Shown here: piece by piece, positions 58,679 through 64,000 of the stretch | How the letters are laid out: each line of letters opens with the position of its first letter | How positions within the stretch are numbered: position 1 is the stretch's first letter | From: Corythoichthys intestinalis | Taxonomy: Eukaryota | Length of the DNA stretch: 64,000 nt | Reading direction: 5' to 3' | NCBI RefSeq assembly: GCF_030265065.1 | Contig: NC_080408.1 | Coordinates: forward strand, 22,919,480 to 22,983,479 | Made by a program: the position numbers and the translations under genes | The notes under the pieces: generated by a model | Database searches by the model: none | What the model was told of the DNA's origin: nothing | The model's input: the letters and a program-made list of their open reading frames with translations, nothing else

Positions 58679-58938
58679 CAGCCCTAATCATAATGTGTTA
58701 ATAATTTCACACATAAGTCGCTCCTGAGTATAAGTCGCACCCCCAGCCAAAGTATGAAAAAAACTGCGACTTATAATCCGAAAAATACGGTAATGTGCTA
58801 ATGTGTTTCTAGTTCTGGAAATATTGTCCGCCCTCTGCTGGGTGCTCTTTCAGAGAGCTAAGTTATTGTTTTTTTCTTTCTTAATCATTATTTCCTTCAT
58901 GTCATTTAAGGCATTTTATATTTTCAAGCAAGTGCTTT

Positions 58939-59538
58939 TCACCTTAGACTCTTGTCCTCTTGGTCCTTAAGTCTTTCTTCGTTTTGTGGTATTGTGTTTT
59001 CGCCTACGTCTGCGTCATCCTGGCTCTTATCGCTATTATTTTGTTGTTTGGCCGTACAGCATTCAGGGTTAAATTCCATTTCTTCAGATGACTCGTCCAC
59101 GGAAACGTTTTCAGCAGTACTAGCTGGAACATTGTCCGGCTCAAGATCACTTGGGCTGCTTAGAAAGAAGTCCGCAGGAAGGCTTGTAGCAAGCAAGCTG
59201 CTTTCTTCATCACTGCTATAGTAGTGGACAGCATCGTCATCTTCCGTGTTATCTCCGTCATCAGTGCAACACTCCCCTGGTTCACAAACAGGTGAGGTCA
59301 TGTAAGGCAAGCTTAGGGATTTTCCATGCCGTTCATTCGCATCAACACTGGGCGGCCGGTGGGACTTGAGCTTGTTTTGATCGTTTGTGCTGGGGCTGGT
59401 GCTCAGGCTCGTGTTGGGCCCCTCGGTGTAAGGCAATGGTTGCTCCATGAGTTCGTACTCGTCGTCGGAATAACCGGGAGGTTCAACAGAGAACTCGTTC
59501 ATTTGAGAAGAAGAATCCGGCAAGAAGTGGACAGGGAT
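58939..59538 (-). CDS. Terminal coding exon of an unidentified - strand gene: acidic/Ser-rich C-terminal region with PPGY motif, stop at 58939-58941
   Basis: - strand acceptor tttgtctttttag|ATCCCTG (59540/59538). Frame IPVHFLPDSSSQMNEFSVEPPGYSDDEYELMEQPLPYTEGPNTS…SDEESSLLATSLPADFF…EERLKDQEDKSLR*. Upstream exons would lie beyond the palindromic Tc1-like element or outside the window. Confidence 0.45.
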   Translation of the reverse strand: MPVHFLPDSSSQMNEFSVEPPGYSDDEYELMEQPLPYTEGPNTSLSTSPSTNDQNKLKSHRPPSVDANERHGKSLSLPYMTSPVCEPGECCTDDGDNTEDDDAVHYYSSDEESSLLATSLPADFFLSSPSDLEPDNVPASTAENVSVDESSEEMEFNPECCTAKQQNNSDKSQDDADVGENTIPQNEERLKDQEDKSLR

Positions 59539-59584
59539 CTAAAAAGACAAATTTTGATACTGTTGACATTTTGTGAACCCACAA

Positions 59585-62205
59585 TACAGTTCCTGACAAA
59601 ATATTCATTTTGTAGAAACAATTGCTAATAACCTGACTTTTAATTATTCAATTGGTTTCAGAAATGGCTCATATGAAAGCTAAGACCCTCCCAAATGATG
59701 TTGAATGTACAAAAATATATTTGTTTCACTGAAAAAAGATTTATCATTTAATGAAGACATAAAGGTCAAATTTTGGCAAGACAAAAGTTTTGTCGCCTAC
59801 AGAAAGTAGTGTGAAAATTGAATAAAAAATGTACTTCAAATTGGGGTTGTTCCGATCATGTTTTTTTGCTCCCGATCCGATCCCGATCGTTTTAGTTTGA
59901 GTATCTGCCGATCCTGATATTTCCCGATCCGATTGCTTTTTTTTGCTCCCGATTCAATTCCAATCATTCCCGATACTTTTTCCCGATCATATACATTTTG
60001 GCAATGCATTTAAAAAAAAAAAAGAATACAACTCGGACGAATATATACATTCAACATACAGTACATAAGTACTGTATTTGTTTATTATGACAATAAATCC
60101 TCAAGATGGCATTTACATTATTAACATTCTTTCTGTGAGAGGGATCCACGGATAGAAAGACTTGTAATTCTTAAAGGATAAATGTGACTTTGTATATAGT
60201 GACTAGCTATTGCCATCTAGTGTATTTGTTGAGCTTTCAGTAAATGAAGTGCAACCATGACTGTGCGTAGGGGCACCAATTGATATATCTTCTCTGCTTT
60301 GGGAAATAACACATGGTGTTAAGAAAAAGATCAACTACTACCTTACTTCCCCACATTGCTTTCCATGATATTTCTAATTGTGGAGAGAGGGATTTTAAAG
60401 CTTTAGCCAATTATAAAAAGGCTCCAAAGACTGCCTAAATTCACTCTACTCATTTTACGTTATCTTTTAGCTCGATATGCAAGTAAAACGGCACCATTAT
60501 AGATTGAACACGACAATGCGTGAGTGGGTCGTGCAGCGCATGCGTTAATGCCGTTAAATAATTTTACGTGATTAATTCAAAAAAGATTAATTACCGCCGT
60601 TAACGCGATAAATTTGATAGCCTTACTCTGAGCTAAAACTAAAGACTCTGGATGAGTGTAATACATTTTGTCTGTAACGTTAAATACAAATAGAAAACAA
60701 TTTCATTAAAAAATATAAATATATTAAAAGGCATGTCCGATATTTTTTTGCCGATTCCGATTCTTTGAAAATGACGTGATCGGACCCGATCGATCGGCAT
60801 CCTGATCGATCAGGACATCTTTACTTCAAATACAAAAATATGTTACATAACATAAGCGAATTAAGTAGTGGTGCTGTGAGATCCAAATGTAATATTTTGT
60901 ATGCTTCCATGGGCTTGAAGGACTGCATCCATGCGGTTCGGCAAGGATTCATACAATTTATTGATGAAGTCATCAGGAACATCAAAAAGAGCAGTCTTGC
61001 ATGCCTCCAATAGTTCATCAACATTCTTGGCTTTCGTCTTCCATGCTTCCTCTTTCATCCTACTCCACACATGCTCCATGATGTTCATGTCTGGTGACTG
61101 GGCTGGCCAGTCCTGGAGGTACATGATTGAAGTATGCGATGGAGCACCATCCTGCTGCAGAATTTGTCCCTTTTTATGGTTAGGAATGTGAGAAGCAGCT
61201 AATAACACCATTTACCATTAACACCATTTGTTGATATTTCAGACTATTTATGTTGCCTTCCTACCTGCAGATCTCTCGCACACCCCCATACTGGATGTAA
61301 CCTCAGACCATGATTTTGCCACCACCAAACTTCACTGTTTTCTGAGTGAATCTCGGATCCATGCGGGCTCCAGTAGGTCCCCTGCAATATTTGCGGGGAC
61401 TGTGGTGTAATTCAATGGAAGATTCATCTGAAAAATCCCCCTTTTGCCGCAAAAACAGTGAAGTTTGGTGGTGGCAAAATCATGGTCTGAGGTTACATCA
61501 ACTATGAGTGTGTGCGAGAGATCGGCAGGGTGGAAGGCAACATAAATAGTCTGAAATATCAACAAATATTAGCTGCCTCTTACATTCCTAACCATAAAAA
61601 GGGACAAATTCTGCAGCAGGGTGGTGCTCCATCGCATACTTCAATCAAGATCCTCCAGGACTGGCCAGCCCATTCACCAGACATGAACATCATTGAGCAT
61701 GTCTGGGGTAGGATGAAAGAGGAAGCATGGAAGACGAAAGCCAAGAATGTTGATGAACTCTGGGAGGCATGCAAGACTGCTTTCTTTGATGTTCCTGATG
61801 ACTTCATCCATAAATTGTAAGAATCCTTGCCGAACCGCATGGATGCAGTCCTTCAAGCCAATGGAAGTCATACAAAATATTACATTTGGATCTCACAGCA
61901 CCACTACTTAATTCGCTTATGGTATACATATTTTTGTATTTGAAGTATATTTTTTGTTCAACTCTCACACTACTTTCTGTAGGCGACAAAACTTCTGTCT
62001 TGCCAAAATTTGACCTTTATGTCTTCATTAAATGATAAATCTTTTTTCAGTGAAACAAATATATTTTTGTACATTCAACATTATTTGGGAAGCTCTTAGC
62101 TTTCATATAAGCCATTTCTGAAACCAATTGAATAATTAAAAGTCAGGTTATTAGCAATTGTTTCTACAAAACGGATAAGCGACAAGACTTTTGTCAGGGA
62201 CTGTA
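59585..62205. mobile_element. Tc1-like palindromic element (~2.6 kb) with nested hAT MITE. Two inverted 3' halves of a Tc1 transposase gene joined head-to-head.
   Basis: Ends TACAGTTCCTGACAAAA… / …TTTTGTCAGGGACTGTA with TA flanks. 59590-59830 is the reverse complement of 61930-62170. Transposase C-terminal fragments on - (60861-61211) and + (61512-61820: …IPNHKKGQILQQGGAPSHTSIKILQDWPAHSPDMNIIEHVWGRMKEEAWKTKAKNVDEL…). Symmetry centre ~61400. Confidence 0.7.
59842..60823 (+). mobile_element. hAT-type MITE family 2, second copy, inserted in the left arm of the palindromic Tc1-like element
   Basis: tggggttgttccgatc...gatcaggacatcttta with 8-bp TSD CTTCAAAT (59834-59841 and 60824-60831). ~90% identical to 11685-12676. 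Confidence 0.75.
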
Positions 62206-62839
62206 TATTCCAGGCACTGTACACCTTGAACTATATGACATATAATCATAAGCAAGCTAACATTTAAATTTTAAGTCTAACTTAAGGTCAGATATTAAGC
62301 AAGCTAAGGTATTTTAGGCTAAGATTAACTCTTTGGGTCACTGGTAACTTAAAGGAACCCACTGTCCAAGGTATCAACAACTCTTAGACAGGACCTTTAT
62401 TTATTATTTAAAAAATCCTTCTATATTGGGCAAAGACAGGCCAAGGTCTTAGGGTGAGGAAAAGATTATTTGTCCCACGTCTTAAATAAAATCTATTACT
62501 ACTTGGTACTCCAATCTAAGTCCATATTTCTTGATTTAAGTACTTGGCAAGACCTCGATCTTCTGATCTAAATCTTGGCAGTCCTTGATCTTCTTGTATT
62601 TACTTTTCTTGTATTGGTCTTTCTTATTTTGTTCAAAGATACACCTAGGACTTTAAGGATTTGGACATTTGGCTCAATCAGTCTATGTTTGTCAAATAGA
62701 TAGCACATGACAAGCTAAAACCGTTTGTCTTAAGCCTAAGGTCTTTAAACGGTTTCAAACAAGGCCCATGTTGTTATGGTTGTCTGGTTACACAAGAACT
62801 ATCTTCAGACAACATTTTCCGTTAAAAATAATATTTACA

Positions 62840-62935
62840 GCTAGGGGTGTAACGGTACACAAAAATCTCGGTTCGGTACATACCTCGGTTTTGAGGTCAC
62901 GGTTCGGTTCATTTTCGGTACAGTAAGAAAACAAA
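62840..62935 (+). mobile_element. Fragment resembling the terminus of the hAT element family at 18759 (taggggtgtaacggtac…cggttcggt…)
   Basis: Similarity of taggggtgtaacggtacac...cggttcggtac to taggcatgtgccggttaccggtttcacggtttaccg. Confidence 0.3.
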
Positions 62936-64000
62936 ATGCAAAATATAAATGTGCTATTTGTTTATTACACACTTTTGTGCTTTCAACAATAGGAACATTA
63001 GCCTATACAAAGCTAGAATCCTGCTCAAAAAGTAGCGGGTATTTAAAAATAATAATCCAACAACAATTTGCCTTTCAGACCTCGCGTATTGTTCAGCTTT
63101 CTTTCTGAAAGAAGGAAGAAAAAAGATGTCCTCTGCAATCCCAATGACAAAGATTTTAACATGTATTTTACAAATGAAATGCCTCAATTAATCTTTTTTT
63201 TTCTCATGAATGGTTTTCAAAAGCTTTATTGGTGGATTTTCTCAAGTCAAACCACCACACAGAAATTAATAAATTTAATTGTGTAAGCAGGATCTGTGTA
63301 TTATTCTTATTATTTAATTACAGGTGTTTTAGCTTATTTCAATTTATTTTATTTAAATGGGCTATTATTTATTTTATTATGTGTTTATATTTTACAAATG
63401 TTATGTAGTATTCATTTATATTGTATAGTTTATGTTGTATAACTTTAGTTCCTATGTGAATATTAGTTCCTACTTGTTTTGTTGTGGTTGGAGGGTTTTG
63501 TATTGAACACGGGGCCATGTGGGTTATTATTAGAGCAGAGAAGACAGCAGTAAATCAGCAAAGCAATGTCAACTGTGCCCTGATCTACCACTCAAGAAAT
63601 CTGATGGACTCAAAAAGTGGGTTACGATTGCATATTAGTTTGAAAATTGACCGGATCCACTGTATTTTTACACGAGTCTGCCCGATCCTAGCTAGTAGTA
63701 TTGACGCAGGAGGGCCGCGTCTCACGTCAAATTATAAACTCTGCCGTTCTTTTTACGTGCGTTGCGTTGAGCCGCTTCTGGGACGCGTCTACATGCGGCT
63801 GCACTGCGACTGGTGTGCATTGGCTGATTGACTTCAACGCTTTAAACGCTTTAACGTTTCACTGCGTTCTCGCGGCAGCAACGTTGTCGCGCCGTTGACG
63901 TTTCTGGGTTATATAGTGTCCAAGTTGGTCCTCATTATAGTAAAGAAGATGGGGTAAATATAATCTACACAAAGAAACTGTAACCCGATCGACTCACAGT

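Larger units (their letters stand above)
55632..58792 (-). mobile_element. TA-target MITE family copy (TIR TACCGTATTTTTCGGACTA…) carrying two nested hAT insertions
   Basis: taccgtatttttcggactacaagtcgcacc... at left, ...ccgaaaaatacggta at right, TA flanks. Interior is collinear with 34367-35370 except for inserts at 56037-57519 and 58071-58678. Confidence 0.65.

Noticed and set aside
63484-63898. ORFs 63484-63831 and 63701-63898 near the window end
   Set aside because: CpG-containing but no motif, splice or homology support. Could be a promoter or first exon of an off-window gene.
1-64000. Search for prokaryotic-style systems (operons, CRISPR arrays, defence islands, rRNA/tRNA clusters)
   Set aside because: Sequence is clearly eukaryotic: spliceosomal GT-AG micro-exons, AATAAA signals, Tc1/hAT transposons with TSDs, and AT-rich introns. 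No direct-repeat/spacer array, no Shine-Dalgarno-spaced tightly packed ORFs and no rRNA-like segments were seen. tRNA genes were not detectable by eye. The SINE-like repeat at 18163 may be tRNA-derived but is not a tRNA gene.

Overview
The window is AT-rich, transposon-dense vertebrate nuclear DNA, most likely teleost, judging from the Tc1-like TIRs and a percomorph-type SINE-like repeat. It is not a prokaryotic locus. I found no CRISPR array, rRNA, operon or defence-island structure.

Protein-coding content I can support from sequence:
- Two paralogous apolipoprotein-L (APOL)-like genes on the + strand. Each has one large coding exon (748-1708 and 46334-48297) entered at a phase-2 acceptor. 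The second carries a ~370-aa K/E/R/D/S-rich tail with RS/RE/RD dipeptide repeats.
- A very large + strand gene running from about 6.9 kb to 45.4 kb. It has at least 41 tiny coding exons, almost all symmetric and in phase 0. They encode an intrinsically disordered protein made of alternating exon types. One type is a basic amphipathic module, E-K-G-G-[LIF]-F-S-G-[LIM]-F-K-K-x-P-K, present at least 12 times. The other is an acidic linker, S-x-S-N-E-N-L-S-E. A polybasic RVxF-like segment and a Trp-rich acidic C-terminus follow.
- A - strand ORF at 52452-54810 encoding a Glu-rich protein with nine tandem ~57-aa repeats, each carrying two conserved cysteines.
- A - strand terminal coding exon at 58939-59538, acidic and Ser-rich, with a PPGY motif.
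- Intronic transposon-derived domains: a THAP zinc-finger exon, a SAP-like motif ORF and an hAT transposase N-terminal fragment.

The introns and intergenic DNA hold many non-autonomous DNA transposons:
- Two hAT-type MITE families with perfect 8-bp target-site duplications.
- Several further hAT-like elements.
- A TA-target MITE family and Tc1-like elements.
- Two of the Tc1-like elements are internally palindromic, head-to-head derivatives.
- There is multi-level nesting, plus mini- and microsatellites. One minisatellite is derived from MITE-internal sequence.

Most exon, gene and TE calls rest on splice-site, phase and motif reasoning without database searches. I could not assign a secure name to the large repeat-module gene or to the Glu-rich repeat gene.
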